Below, piece by piece: positions 18,614 to 28,602 of a DNA stretch of 64,000 nt. Where the stretch lies: positions 1-64,000 of the forward strand of contig JAZDHK010000029.1 of the NCBI GenBank assembly GCA_043806035.1, read 5' to 3'. Origin of the DNA: an archaeon (GTDB taxonomy: Archaea; Nanobdellota; Nanobdellia; Woesearchaeales; UBA9642). The translations under genes were made by a program, and so were the position numbers. Every line of letters begins with the position of its first letter. Position 1 is the first letter of the stretch. A model generated the notes under the pieces. That model made no database searches, was not told where the DNA came from, and saw only the letters and a program-made list of their open reading frames with translations.

Positions 18614-19653
18614 TTTTCGGTAATCCTCCTGATGTATTCCGCACGTTCCTCTTTCCTCTCGACTGCCGTGTTCTTGAAGGTGATGCCATAGATGAGCATG
18701 AACGCCACACCTATCATGGAGATGAAGATGTCCTTTGCCCTGATGATCAGCGAAACGCCTATGCCTGTATCTGCACTGTTTCTCAGCAGGGAGAATGCGG
18801 ATACCTGTCCTGCCTCAAGGCTGCCCAACGCCATCGGCAAAGGAAGCAGGTATGCGAATCCTACAAAGCTCACGATGAGGAAAATGACGCTGATGTTTGC
18901 CGTGATGCCGAACATTTGCAACAAAAAGTAGTACTCCAAAAACATGGCAACCCACGTCAAGAAGGAAATGGCAAGGGTTATTAAAAAATGGATTCTGTCC
19001 TTCTTGTAGAACTTGATGATGTAAAATTCAAAATCAAGTATTTTTTGTTCGTACTGCTCGAACCGTTTGAACTTATGCAGGCCAAAAAATCTGAACATGC
19101 GGTGAAACACAGTCTTGCCCCGCAACACCTGCCGGAAGAAGAAGAAAATGAATACGAGCAGCAGGAATCCGGTGAGGAGCAATACGGTTTTTGTCCTCCA
19201 ATCAGAGGGGATGACGGCAAATCCGACGATGATGCCGATGAAGAAAAAAATACCAGAGGTGCTGAGCTCTACGGTCCTATCGATAAAGATGCTGGAGAGC
19301 GATTGGGTGAACGAAATATGCTCCTTTCGCATGGCCGCAGCTTGGAACGGCTCTCCTCCCACTCTTGGCCCCGGCGTGAGATAGCTCATGGCATTGCCGA
19401 TGAGACGGTAGGCGAAGAGGCGATGGAAAGGAATGTGCACGTGTTGGCTTCTCAGTACCACGTCCCACCTGAACACGCCGAGGGTGACGATGACGAGGAC
19501 AGCAAGAAGGTATTTGACCACTAATTCCAAGGAGACGTTGGTCATGCTCATGAATGCATTCACGAGACTGTACTTGCTCAGGAGAAAAACGAGTACGATA
19601 ACGCTAAAGCTGACGCTCAGGATGAGACTCTTGTGTTTCTTCCAGGACAGCAT
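18610..19653 (-). CDS. Lysylphosphatidylglycerol-synthase-TM / flippase-like membrane protein (UPF0104)
   Basis: About 8 TM segments with RW, TPGPRVGGEP, DR and LPMALGSLE motifs. The start may be 19653 or 19710. Confidence 0.85.
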   Translation of the reverse strand: MLSWKKHKSLILSVSFSVIVLVFLLSKYSLVNAFMSMTNVSLELVVKYLLAVLVIVTLGVFRWDVVLRSQHVHIPFHRLFAYRLIGNAMSYLTPGPRVGGEPFQAAAMRKEHISFTQSLSSIFIDRTVELSTSGIFFFIGIIVGFAVIPSDWRTKTVLLLTGFLLLVFIFFFFRQVLRGKTVFHRMFRFFGLHKFKRFEQYEQKILDFEFYIIKFYKKDRIHFLITLAISFLTWVAMFLEYYFLLQMFGITANISVIFLIVSFVGFAYLLPLPMALGSLEAGQVSAFSLLRNSADTGIGVSLIIRAKDIFISMIGVAFMLIYGITFKNTAVERKEERAEYIRRITEK

Positions 19654-19802
19654 AATGAGACAGCGAGTTTGTCCTTTAAATGCTTTTTCCCCATCATTGT
19701 TTGCTGTCATGTTCTCTTTTTTCCTAACATTTTTAAATGCCGTGTGCAGGCATCATGGAACGGGCACAGAAGGGATGCCCTTGTCTTGTACGGGTGAAGT
19801 TG

Positions 19803-20531
19803 ATGCACGATGTCATGATTATTCTTTGCATAACCATTCTTGGACCGTTCATCGGTTCAGCCATTGGTGTCTTCTTGCCTATGTCCAAGCGACGCATGTA
19901 TGACTTCCTTGCATTCGCGGGAGGCATCATGATCGCAATATCATTCAAGCTCATCATGGATGCAGCAATCACGAACACGCTCTACTGGGTCGTGCCCGGA
20001 GTTCTCTGTGGGGCGCTGCTGATGTACATTGTTGATGCAGTACTGCCCCATGTCCATCCCGACGTTCGTGCCTCTCAAGAATGTTCGACGCTGAAACGGA
20101 CGGCAGTCTTTCTCATCATAGGCATAGGCATACACAACCTCCCCGAAGGCATGGCCATCGCGCTCAGCCAAACGTCCCTTTTTGCAGATGCACTCGCCGT
20201 TGCCATTGCCATTGCCGTGCATGACATTCCTGAAGGCATTTGCACCTCAGCACCCTATTATCACTGCACGGGAAAGCGTGCAAAGGCATTTTGGATATCC
20301 TCGCTGACTGCCGTGCCCACCCTGCTCGGCTTTGCTTTCGTGTACTTTTTTCTCCACGCTCTCTCTGCGCAAATGCTGAGCTTTTTGCTCGCCAGCACCG
20401 CGGGAGTCATGCTCTACATGGCATTCGATGAGCTCGTTCCTAGCGCTCTTGCCGTGCACGCAGATACGAAAAGAACAACCCTTGCCGTGCTTGCAGGTGT
20501 GGTGTTCGTGTTCGTGCTCGGATTATTCTGA
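19803..20531 (+). CDS. ZIP family metal transporter (ZupT-like)
   Basis: HNLPEG and HDIPEG transport motifs, HVHP loop and DELVP. The start is reassigned to ATG 19803. Confidence 0.92.
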   Translation: MHDVMIILCITILGPFIGSAIGVFLPMSKRRMYDFLAFAGGIMIAISFKLIMDAAITNTLYWVVPGVLCGALLMYIVDAVLPHVHPDVRASQECSTLKRTAVFLIIGIGIHNLPEGMAIALSQTSLFADALAVAIAIAVHDIPEGICTSAPYYHCTGKRAKAFWISSLTAVPTLLGFAFVYFFLHALSAQMLSFLLASTAGVMLYMAFDELVPSALAVHADTKRTTLAVLAGVVFVFVLGLF

Positions 20532-20558
20532 AAAGAAACAGTAACCAAGAGAGTAAAG

Positions 20559-20633
20559 CGCACCCGCGGGGATTCGAACCCCGGATCTCCACATTAGGAG
20601 TGTGGTGCCCTATCCAAGCTAGGCTACGGGTGC
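20559..20633 (-). tRNA. tRNA-Arg (anticodon CCT), CCA not encoded
   Basis: The reverse complement GCACCCGTAGCCTAGCTTGGATAGGGCACCACACTCCTAATGTGGAGATCCGGGGTTCGAATCCCCGCGGGTGCG folds as a cloverleaf, with anticodon arm CCACA-CTCCTAA-TGTGG. Confidence 0.95.
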
Positions 20634-20685
20634 AGAATTGTGCAAGCAAAGGAGCATTTTTAAACTTTATCACAATACTCCCGAC

Positions 20686-21648
20686 ATGAACGACCTCAAG
20701 ACCGTTCCCGAAGACTTTATTGTCGAAGAATTGCCCAACCTTCCTTTCGCGGAAGAGGGCAGCTATGCCGTGCTCAAGCTCACCAAGACAGGCCTGACGA
20801 CAGAAGATGCGCTGGAAAAACTAACACGACTGCTGCACAAATCCCGCAGCGACTTCAGCGCGGCAGGAAACAAGGACAAGCACGCCACGACAACACAATA
20901 TGTCAGCGTCAAACACGTTCAGAGAAACACCATAGAAAACGCAATGACCAAACTCGTGCCAGACAAACTCACTTTTTCCCTTGCCGGATTTCTCGACAGA
21001 CCGCTTAGTACAGGCATGCTTGCCGCAAACAGATTCACCGTCAGCATCCGCAACTGTACTGGCATATCGTCATTGCCGTTCATGATCAACTATTTTGATG
21101 ACCAACGATTTTCAAAAGACAATGTCGCTATCGGCATGCTCCTGCTCAAAAAAAAATTCAAGGAAGCAGTACAACACATCTCCTGGCATGAGGTGCAATC
21201 CTATCTTATCATGCATCCGACCGATGCAGTGGGTGCTCTCCAAAAAATTCCACCGCGAATACTCACCATGTACGTCCATGCAGTCCAGAGCCTGCTCTGG
21301 AATGAGGTCGTCAGCAGCATCATCGAGAAGAGCAAACACAGAAGCATACACTACTCGCAAGGCAGCCTCGCCATCCCCCTTGAAGTAATTGGTGACAGAA
21401 GCATACCTCTCGTCGGCATAGGCACGGATGTGACACTCTACACTGGCGTTCTGGAAAAGCACAATCTCGTGCAGGGAGACTTCCTCATCAGGCAACTGCC
21501 TCACCTCACTAGCACAGGCGGAGAAAGGCAGCTCCTTGCAGAAGTGAAAGACTTCACTGCTCGTTGGGAGGGCAGCACCTGCATTCTCTCCTTCACGCTT
21601 CCGAAGGGCAGCTATGCCACCATGCTCATCAAGCAACTGCTCACATAG
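20686..21648 (+). CDS. truD: tRNA pseudouridine(13) synthase
   Basis: PEDFIVEE, AGNKDKHATTTQ, NYFDDQRF and FTLPKGSYAT motifs. The start is reassigned to ATG 20686. Confidence 0.93.
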   Translation: MNDLKTVPEDFIVEELPNLPFAEEGSYAVLKLTKTGLTTEDALEKLTRLLHKSRSDFSAAGNKDKHATTTQYVSVKHVQRNTIENAMTKLVPDKLTFSLAGFLDRPLSTGMLAANRFTVSIRNCTGISSLPFMINYFDDQRFSKDNVAIGMLLLKKKFKEAVQHISWHEVQSYLIMHPTDAVGALQKIPPRILTMYVHAVQSLLWNEVVSSIIEKSKHRSIHYSQGSLAIPLEVIGDRSIPLVGIGTDVTLYTGVLEKHNLVQGDFLIRQLPHLTSTGGERQLLAEVKDFTARWEGSTCILSFTLPKGSYATMLIKQLLT

Positions 21649-21702
21649 ATGCATGATTTTCCAAACAAAAACTACTTAAATACTGTGTACTCTCAACAGA
21701 AT

Positions 21703-22278
21703 ATGGAGCATCTCTGGCAACTCATCATCCTGTTCTTCGTCATCTTCGACCCAGTCATGAGTTTCGCCCTGTTCTTTACTGCAACGAAACCCCTTGCGGC
21801 AAAGCACAGGAACAAAACTGCCGTGTATGCCATACTCGTTGCAGGCGCGCTTAGTTATTTGGTGCTGTTCTTCGGAGAAGGCCTGCTGCAGCTCTTCAAC
21901 ACACCGCTCTCTGATTTCAAAATAGCGGGAGGCATCATCCTAGGCATTCTCGGTATAAAGATGGTGCTCGGTCAGGCAATCATAGAGCCTGATGACCAAA
22001 AACGCACGAGTTATGCCGTTGCTGTCGTCATAGGAACACCGCTCATCACCGGGCCTGCAGCAATAACTGCCATCATCATCGCCGTGCATGACTTCGGCAT
22101 GGCCGTGACCGGTGTGGCTATAGGCATCATCCTCATCTTCACCCTGCTACTGTTCCTCTTCTCATCATTGATCAGGAAACACATAGGATATACGTTCATT
22201 CAAATAATCAGCACCATTCTCGGGCTCATCACGGTCGCGTGGGGCGTGACGTTCGTGCGTGCGGGTCTGGGCATTTGA
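21703..22278 (+). CDS. MarC family membrane protein
   Basis: FKIAGGIIL and PLITGPAAIT motifs with 6 TM segments. The start is reassigned to ATG 21703. Confidence 0.9.
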   Translation: MEHLWQLIILFFVIFDPVMSFALFFTATKPLAAKHRNKTAVYAILVAGALSYLVLFFGEGLLQLFNTPLSDFKIAGGIILGILGIKMVLGQAIIEPDDQKRTSYAVAVVIGTPLITGPAAITAIIIAVHDFGMAVTGVAIGIILIFTLLLFLFSSLIRKHIGYTFIQIISTILGLITVAWGVTFVRAGLGI

Positions 22279-22346
22279 CTTCTGTCGTGATTGCAGCTAA
22301 CACAAACCATTTATACGAGTAGGCACTCCTGCTTTTTGGTGATAGC

Positions 22347-24437
22347 ATGAGAACCATAGTCATGAGTGTCTGCCTTTTTATCATCGTTTTCGTGGTAGCG
22401 TGTGCCCCCCAACCACTTCCCGGGCAGGGAACGTATGCGGCAACGGAGACATTTGATCCGGCTGCAACGATTGCCACACACCACTTCTCCTCAGAAGCGG
22501 ACTTCAAAGCATTTGCAAAAAAATATCAGAACAACCAGGCAGTGCGCGGATATGGCGGCGTCTTTATGGAGACGCTCGCCATGACAGATGCTGTCCCGAA
22601 AGCAATAGCTATGGACCAGGCAAGCGAGGCATCTGCAGGGAATGGCGCTATCGATTATTCCGGCACGAACAACCAAGTGCAGAACGTTGACGAAGCAGAC
22701 ATCCTCAAGACAGACGGATCATACATCTATACGGTAACGGGCAGCACAGTATTCATCGTCAAGGCATATCCTGGCGAAGATGCTGAAGTTGTGTCGACGC
22801 TCACGTATGACAGCAGTCCGCAAGGACTCTTCATCAAGGGCAACTTTCTTGCCGTTTTTGGCTATTACAACGACCTCGACTTCTTCAAGAAAGTCAACTT
22901 CAGGCCGAGACAAGGCATGACCTTCTTCAATATCTATGATGTCAGCGACAAGGAAAATCCAAAACTGGTCAAGGAATACAAGTTTGAGGGAAGCTACTTC
23001 CAGAGCAGGATGACCGATGACTGGGTGTATCTCGTGGTCATGAGCAGTCCCGAATACAGGGAATTCCCCACACCTGTGCTCTTTGATGGCCTCAACAGGA
23101 AGAACCTACCCATCGAGAGCATAGCCTATTTCCCCATTCCGTACCAGAACCCGGAATTGGCGACCATCCACGCCATCAAACTGGACGGCAGTGATGCACT
23201 CGAGAGCGAAAGCCTTGCCGTCGAGGGGAGCCAGGCCATGTACATGTCAGCAGAAAACATCTACCTCACCTACACGGAATACATCAACCAATGGGAGATA
23301 GAGCAAAAAGTCACCATGGATGTCATGGAAAAATATCTTACTGACGCGGACAAGGAACTCATAGACAAAATCAAGAATACGGATGATGACGTGCTCTCTT
23401 CGTGGGAGAAGCAGAGCAAGATCTACAGCATCATCACCTCCTACAGCGCATATCTTGACGAGCAAGAGCAGGAAGCCGTGCAAGAAGAAATTGCCAAGAA
23501 GACTAAAGCAATACTCGACGATTATGACTATCTCGAGTACACGATCATCAACAAGGTGCACGTCAGCGATGGCAGCATCAGTGTGGATGCGAATGGCAAA
23601 GTACCCGGGCATATCAGCAACCAGTTCAGCATGGACGAATATGACGGAATTTTCAGAATTGCCACGACGCTCAGCGAACGCTGGCAGCCATGGATCAACG
23701 GCATGACTGAACAGCAACGTGTGCAGAGCAGCAACAACGTGTACACGCTCGACAGCAATCTCAACGTGCTCGACTCCATAACTGGCATAGCAGAAGGGGA
23801 ACAGATCTACAGCACGAGATTCATGGGAGAGAAACTCTACATGGTCACGTTCAGGCAAGTGGATCCCTTCTTTGTCATTGACTTGAGCAATCCCAAACGC
23901 ATTCAGTTGCTTGGCGAGCTCAAGATCCCTGGATTCAGCAGGTACTTGCACCCGTATGATGAGAACACTATCATCGGCATAGGACGGGACACGTCAGAAA
24001 CGGGACGGATGCAAGGGCTCAAGATCAGCCTCTTTGACGTGAGCGATTTCTCCCATCCTCGTGAGATAGCAAAGTTCGTCACAGAAGAAAAATACGCGCA
24101 GAGCACGGCGGAGTACGAGCACAAGGCATTCCTCTTCAGCAAGGAGAAGAATCTCTTAGTCATTCCCGCATACAGCTATGCCTATGCTCGAGATGCGACA
24201 GACGCATACAACGGCGCGATGGTATTCACCATAACAAAGAACGACATCGAGATGCGCGGCATCATCGACCACAGCGCAGGCCAGCCAAGCTACAGTGCCA
24301 TGGTGGAGCGGAGCTTGTACATCAACGACTTGCTCTACACCAAAAGCCCAGGACTGCTGCGCATCAATGAGCTGGACACGCTCAAGAGCGTTAAAAGAGT
24401 GGATCTTAAGACGTCAGGGAAATATGTTATTTACTAA
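22347..24437 (+). CDS. Secreted/lipoprotein with a beta-propeller domain (Beta_propel family)
   Basis: Lipobox-like VVAC, plus YSGTNNQVQNVDEADILKTDG, NQFSMDEY, VTFRQVDP and GELKIPGFSRYLHP. Confidence 0.88.
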   Translation: MRTIVMSVCLFIIVFVVACAPQPLPGQGTYAATETFDPAATIATHHFSSEADFKAFAKKYQNNQAVRGYGGVFMETLAMTDAVPKAIAMDQASEASAGNGAIDYSGTNNQVQNVDEADILKTDGSYIYTVTGSTVFIVKAYPGEDAEVVSTLTYDSSPQGLFIKGNFLAVFGYYNDLDFFKKVNFRPRQGMTFFNIYDVSDKENPKLVKEYKFEGSYFQSRMTDDWVYLVVMSSPEYREFPTPVLFDGLNRKNLPIESIAYFPIPYQNPELATIHAIKLDGSDALESESLAVEGSQAMYMSAENIYLTYTEYINQWEIEQKVTMDVMEKYLTDADKELIDKIKNTDDDVLSSWEKQSKIYSIITSYSAYLDEQEQEAVQEEIAKKTKAILDDYDYLEYTIINKVHVSDGSISVDANGKVPGHISNQFSMDEYDGIFRIATTLSERWQPWINGMTEQQRVQSSNNVYTLDSNLNVLDSITGIAEGEQIYSTRFMGEKLYMVTFRQVDPFFVIDLSNPKRIQLLGELKIPGFSRYLHPYDENTIIGIGRDTSETGRMQGLKISLFDVSDFSHPREIAKFVTEEKYAQSTAEYEHKAFLFSKEKNLLVIPAYSYAYARDATDAYNGAMVFTITKNDIEMRGIIDHSAGQPSYSAMVERSLYINDLLYTKSPGLLRINELDTLKSVKRVDLKTSGKYVIY

Positions 24438-24528
24438 TTTTTTTTCTTTTTTTTGCATTTGCCTCTACTCAGCGGCATCTTCAGAATATTTATAAACTGA
24501 TGTGATTATCTGTAAATAGGGTGGTTGT

Positions 24529-24834
24529 ATGAAGATACTGCGAGAGTTCAAGGAATTTCTGAAGGAGTACAAAGTGATAGGCCTGGCCATAGCCTTCATC
24601 ATCGGCATTGCCGCAACCGCATTAGTGCAGAGCCTCGTGAACGACATCATCATGCCCCTTATCACACCCTTCATTCCCGGCGGAGCGTGGCGGGAAGCAA
24701 AGCTTGCGCTCGGCCCAATCAGCATGAGCATCGGCAGCTTCGCAGGAGCGCTGCTCAACTTCATCATCATGGCATTGGTCGTCTTCTTCATCGCCAAATA
24801 CGCGCTGAAGGAAGAGAAGGTGGCGAAGAAATAA
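24529..24834 (+). CDS. mscL: Large-conductance mechanosensitive channel
   Basis: EFKEFL N-terminus, LAIAFIIG and SLVNDIIMP. Confidence 0.92.
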   Translation: MKILREFKEFLKEYKVIGLAIAFIIGIAATALVQSLVNDIIMPLITPFIPGGAWREAKLALGPISMSIGSFAGALLNFIIMALVVFFIAKYALKEEKVAKK

Positions 24835-24873
24835 GGAGCTTCATCAATTTTTTATTCGATTATTCTTTTCCCT

Positions 24874-26139
24874 TCATCGCACGTTCGCATAGATGGTCTT
24901 TCCTGAACCTCTTCGTGGTCCACCTCTGTCCCGCAGTGCGTGCCCATTTCTCCGAGGCCCTCGAGAGAATCCACTCCGTCCTTGTGGCCGTTCCTGGCGA
25001 TGGAACATCACCCTCTCTGTCCGAGGAGGCTGCTCTCGCTTGATAGTGAGGCTCCTGTCTCGCAAGACCTGGTCGAAGTTCTGGTAATCACGATCGGACA
25101 GCAAGGTTACCGCCTCGCCGCTCTCTCCCGCCCGTGCCGTCCTGCCGACGCGATGGATGTACTCATCAGACGTCTTGGGAACATCATAATTGTATACGTG
25201 GGAGATGTTCTTGATGTCAAGCCCTCTTGCCGCTACATCTGTTGCGACAAGGATGCGTATTTGCTCATGCTTAAGCTTGTCCAACACCTCGAGCCGCTGC
25301 TTCTGGGAAAGCCCGCCATGGATGGGCAGTGCCTTGATGCCTTGCTTCTTCAGGTTATTGGCTACAAGGTCGACTTCTCGTCGTGTCGCGCAGAAGACCA
25401 GGGCAAGCCCTGATGTCTTGTGCTTGAGGAGATGCACGAGCAGCGAAAACTTCTCGTGCGAGGGAATCTCATAATAGGTCTGCTTGAGCTTTGATCTATC
25501 TACGTAACTTTCGCTCTTGATGTGCACAGGATTACGCAAGTGGGTCTCGGCAAGCTTCACTATACTATAGGGGAGCGTTGCCGAAAAGAGCATGGTCTGC
25601 CTGTCCTTCGGTATGCCGTGGATGATGCGCCGTACGTCGTCGATGAAGCCCATCTCGAACATCTTGTCTGCTTCGTCGAGGACGAGAAAGCGCACCCACG
25701 CGAGTTGCAGCGTTCCTCGCTCCAGATGGTCAAGGATTCTGCCTGGCGTGCCTACGACGACGTCTGCGCGTTTCAACGCGTCAATCTGCGGGCTTATGCC
25801 GACGCCGCCATAGATGCTGGCAATCTTGAGCTTGGTGTGCTTGGCGAAGCTCTTGAGGGCATCAGCGACCTGCACGCACAATTCTCTCGTTGGCGTGAGG
25901 ATGAGCGCTTGCACGCTCCGTCCCGGCGTGATCTTCTCGATGAGCGGAATGCCGAATGCTGCAGTCTTTCCTGAGCCCGTCGCTGACTGGCCGAAGATGT
26001 CCTTTCCCTGCATGATTTCGGGAATGCATTTTTCCTGTATGGATGTCCATTCTTCAAAGCCGAGATCGTGCAATGCGCGTTGTGTCGTTTCCTGTAATTG
26101 GGTGTGCATTATTTTGCTTTTTTGTTCTTCTGTTGTCAT
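24874..26139 (-). CDS. DEAD-box RNA helicase
   Basis: ATGSGKT, PTREL, TPGR, DEAD, SAT, ARGLD and HRVGRTAR motifs, with an R/G-rich tail. Confidence 0.96.
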   Translation of the reverse strand: MTTEEQKSKIMHTQLQETTQRALHDLGFEEWTSIQEKCIPEIMQGKDIFGQSATGSGKTAAFGIPLIEKITPGRSVQALILTPTRELCVQVADALKSFAKHTKLKIASIYGGVGISPQIDALKRADVVVGTPGRILDHLERGTLQLAWVRFLVLDEADKMFEMGFIDDVRRIIHGIPKDRQTMLFSATLPYSIVKLAETHLRNPVHIKSESYVDRSKLKQTYYEIPSHEKFSLLVHLLKHKTSGLALVFCATRREVDLVANNLKKQGIKALPIHGGLSQKQRLEVLDKLKHEQIRILVATDVAARGLDIKNISHVYNYDVPKTSDEYIHRVGRTARAGESGEAVTLLSDRDYQNFDQVLRDRSLTIKREQPPRTERVMFHRQERPQGRSGFSRGPRRNGHALRDRGGPRRGSGKTIYANVR

Positions 26140-26262
26140 GTTCTCCCTTATTTTCCTAAGTGTTCAGTACTCCTTTATAAATGTACGATATTTTTGAGGG
26201 GCAATTGCCTGTTTTATCAGTGATGCAGCAGGTGTTGTGCTGTCCGAACCGATAATTTGTAA

Positions 26263-26276
26263 CTACTTTTTAGTGA
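26263..26276. promoter_or_regulatory. YYACT-N4-AGTSA palindromic site
   Basis: CTACT-TTTT-AGTGA upstream of TTTATAA (26291-26297) and the ORF at 26320. Confidence 0.45.
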
Positions 26277-26319
26277 CTCTATTAGTAAGATTTATAAGTG
26301 AAGGCGTGTTTCTTCGTAC

Positions 26320-26988
26320 ATGCCAAAACAATTACCTGTGTGTAAGCCATTCACGCAAGATCTTGTCATGGCCATGACGAAAGGTAACCTCGTCTTCCTC
26401 AACCAGATCTATGCGGGCATGCAAGAAACACCACTGGATACGTTCTCTCCCTACCTGAACAGGACGGATTTCTTCCCCTTCTGGATAATTACAAGACTCG
26501 AGAGGTATCTTGCCAGTCTCGGCAGAGACAGCGAACTCCTCGAGATAATCAAAACAGAACCTATTATTACTTGGTTCAAGGCAGCCAACAAGTTTGCCCA
26601 AGACATACGAGTGCGAGGAGAATCCGTGAATCTCTTTCAGTACTTCAATGCAGTTGGCAACGATGCTGACTTCAAGGAAACACTGGCAAGCATGAGACTC
26701 TACAATCCACGGACGCTCGAGCAGCGACTGAACCTCGTTCCTCTAGCACATGTCGAAAAACTGCAAGAGCAGCTACTCTCTCCTCCCTTAGAATATATCA
26801 GCACGCCTGAATTCCAGCAAAGGACACCGAACGGCATATACAACGAAAAACTTGTCCAGCTACCCTGGCTGCCTGGCACGAAAAAAGGAAAAGCACGAGC
26901 ATACGTCAAAATTATCACGAACCAACTCAAAGACTATCCTCGAGAGTATGCGCTGCCTATGTTCCTAACAGCGAGCAGATTTTCTTGA
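26320..26988 (+). CDS. Hypothetical protein
   Basis: 222-aa ORF with a TTTATAA box about 25 nt upstream and no recognised motif. Its 3' end overlaps adk. Confidence 0.65.
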   Translation: MPKQLPVCKPFTQDLVMAMTKGNLVFLNQIYAGMQETPLDTFSPYLNRTDFFPFWIITRLERYLASLGRDSELLEIIKTEPIITWFKAANKFAQDIRVRGESVNLFQYFNAVGNDADFKETLASMRLYNPRTLEQRLNLVPLAHVEKLQEQLLSPPLEYISTPEFQQRTPNGIYNEKLVQLPWLPGTKKGKARAYVKIITNQLKDYPREYALPMFLTASRFS

Positions 26989-27583
26989 AGATCTCCTCGA
27001 TGCTCGGTGAGCCATCGACTTTGTAGTATTTTGCCTTGCTCTTTAGCAAGCTCATGACTGGCCTGTTGTTCTTGTGATAGTCAGCAAGCCGCTTCTTGAT
27101 GGCATCAGGATAGTCATCGGCACGCTGGATAAGCTTTCCGCCACAGCTGTCGCACACGCCTTCCTTTTTCGGCTTCAAGGTGACGGTGTTGAAGTTCATC
27201 CCGCACTTCTCGCACACTCTTCTCGTTGAGAGTCGCTCTACAGCTTGCCCGTCGGTGAGAGTAAGCTCGATAATCTTGTCTATCTGTAGTGTGCTGGTGA
27301 TGAATTCCGTCTGGTCCTTCGTTCGCGGATACCCGTCAAAGAGAATGTTCTGCTTCTTCAGGTCAAGAATCTTCTTCTCCATGACTTCATTCATGAGCGT
27401 ATCCGGAATAAGATTGCCTTTGTTGATGATGTTGGAAATCTCCTGACCGAGCACTGTCTTCTTGGCCATCTCCTCTCGCAAGACATCTCCCGCGCTGACG
27501 TGGGTAAGGAGATACTTCTTTGCAATAAGCTCTGCCTGTGTCCCTTTTCCTGACCCTTGTGGTCCTGCTATTACGATATTCAT
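26957..27583 (-). CDS. adk: Adenylate kinase (bacterial-type, Zn-lid)
   Basis: GPQGSGKGTQA, FDGYPR, CxxC...CxxC lid and QRADD. The start is reassigned to ATG 27583. Confidence 0.95.
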   Translation of the reverse strand: MNIVIAGPQGSGKGTQAELIAKKYLLTHVSAGDVLREEMAKKTVLGQEISNIINKGNLIPDTLMNEVMEKKILDLKKQNILFDGYPRTKDQTEFITSTLQIDKIIELTLTDGQAVERLSTRRVCEKCGMNFNTVTLKPKKEGVCDSCGGKLIQRADDYPDAIKKRLADYHKNNRPVMSLLKSKAKYYKVDGSPSIEEIFKKICSLLGT

Positions 27584-27587
27584 GGTC

Positions 27588-28031
27588 TCACCCGAAATAC
27601 GTCTCTGCTTCCTTATGTTTTTTTTCTGTGTTCCAGCCCTCTTTGACATGCTTGAGCAGCTTGAGGATCTGTTCTTTCAGCTTAGGCCATTCTGCACTGC
27701 ATTGCTTGATGGTGGTGGCTTGCCCTTCAGGATGGCCTTGCAATTCCTTTTCCAGGCAGAGCCGATGATAGTACATGAGCTCTCTATAGAGCGTGAGCGC
27801 TTGCTTCTTCTCGAATTCGTCTAGCGTGTCCGCTTCCTGCAGGCTGTGCAAATTCTCTGGCTGGACAAGCTCCTCGCAGAATCTCGTCCAGAACTCAATC
27901 TTCTCCATGGTCTTCTTGAGGATCTGCCTGAGCACGTCGCTGTTCTCCTCGAGCTTGCCAATCTCGAACTGCTCGTTCAGCACGTTCCAGTCCGGCAGAC
28001 GATACGTCTTCTTGAAGTCAGCAAAGGACAT
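27588..28031 (-). CDS. Hypothetical helical protein, co-oriented with adk
   Basis: 147-aa ORF ending 4 nt before the adk start, with a C-terminal YFG. Confidence 0.75.
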   Translation of the reverse strand: MSFADFKKTYRLPDWNVLNEQFEIGKLEENSDVLRQILKKTMEKIEFWTRFCEELVQPENLHSLQEADTLDEFEKKQALTLYRELMYYHRLCLEKELQGHPEGQATTIKQCSAEWPKLKEQILKLLKHVKEGWNTEKKHKEAETYFG

Positions 28032-28101
28032 GTCCTGAGCGCGGGGAGGACTGTTTATATAGTTTGTTGAAAATAAAAGATTGAAATTAGTAGTTCTCTC
28101 T

Positions 28102-28467
28102 TCAATACTTCACTTTCACCGGTTCGCCATACCAGACGTGCTGAAGACCTTTTCGTACCTGCCTCGCATTGACGATACCGATGACGTGATTCTCGATTAA
28201 TCTATCATCGATTGAGCCTGGTCTGTGGGTAACGCACGCCTGTCCGTCTATGTATACTGACTCGAGTCGCGTATCTTTACTCTTCTCGAGTTCATCTTTG
28301 CATCCAGTATAGACGATGAATTTCTCTGCATACATCTTCCTCGCTTCCCGAACGAGTTCTTTTTTGTTCTGTAACTGCTTCTTCAATCGAAGGATGCTCT
28401 CTTGGCTGTCCCACAACTCAAACGCGATATCAGCTATGTTTCTATCTTCATAACGGTTGATTTTCAT
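28102..28467 (-). CDS. Hypothetical protein
   Basis: ORF with a GGTGA RBS before ATG 28467. No recognised motif. Confidence 0.6.
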   Translation of the reverse strand: MKINRYEDRNIADIAFELWDSQESILRLKKQLQNKKELVREARKMYAEKFIVYTGCKDELEKSKDTRLESVYIDGQACVTHRPGSIDDRLIENHVIGIVNARQVRKGLQHVWYGEPVKVKY

Positions 28468-28602
28468 GTTCTCACCATCTTTTTTTCTCAGAAACACGTC
28501 GTTTCTGATACTACTCAATAATAACTAAACTATATCAATATTTGTTCTCTCAAAAAAGACTATAATGGAAACCCATATAAACCCAGAAGAAGGAAGAAGA
28601 CT

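Noticed and set aside
20559-20633. Integrative element at tRNA-Arg
   Set aside because: No integrase and no duplicated tRNA end were noticed, and the flanking genes are housekeeping.
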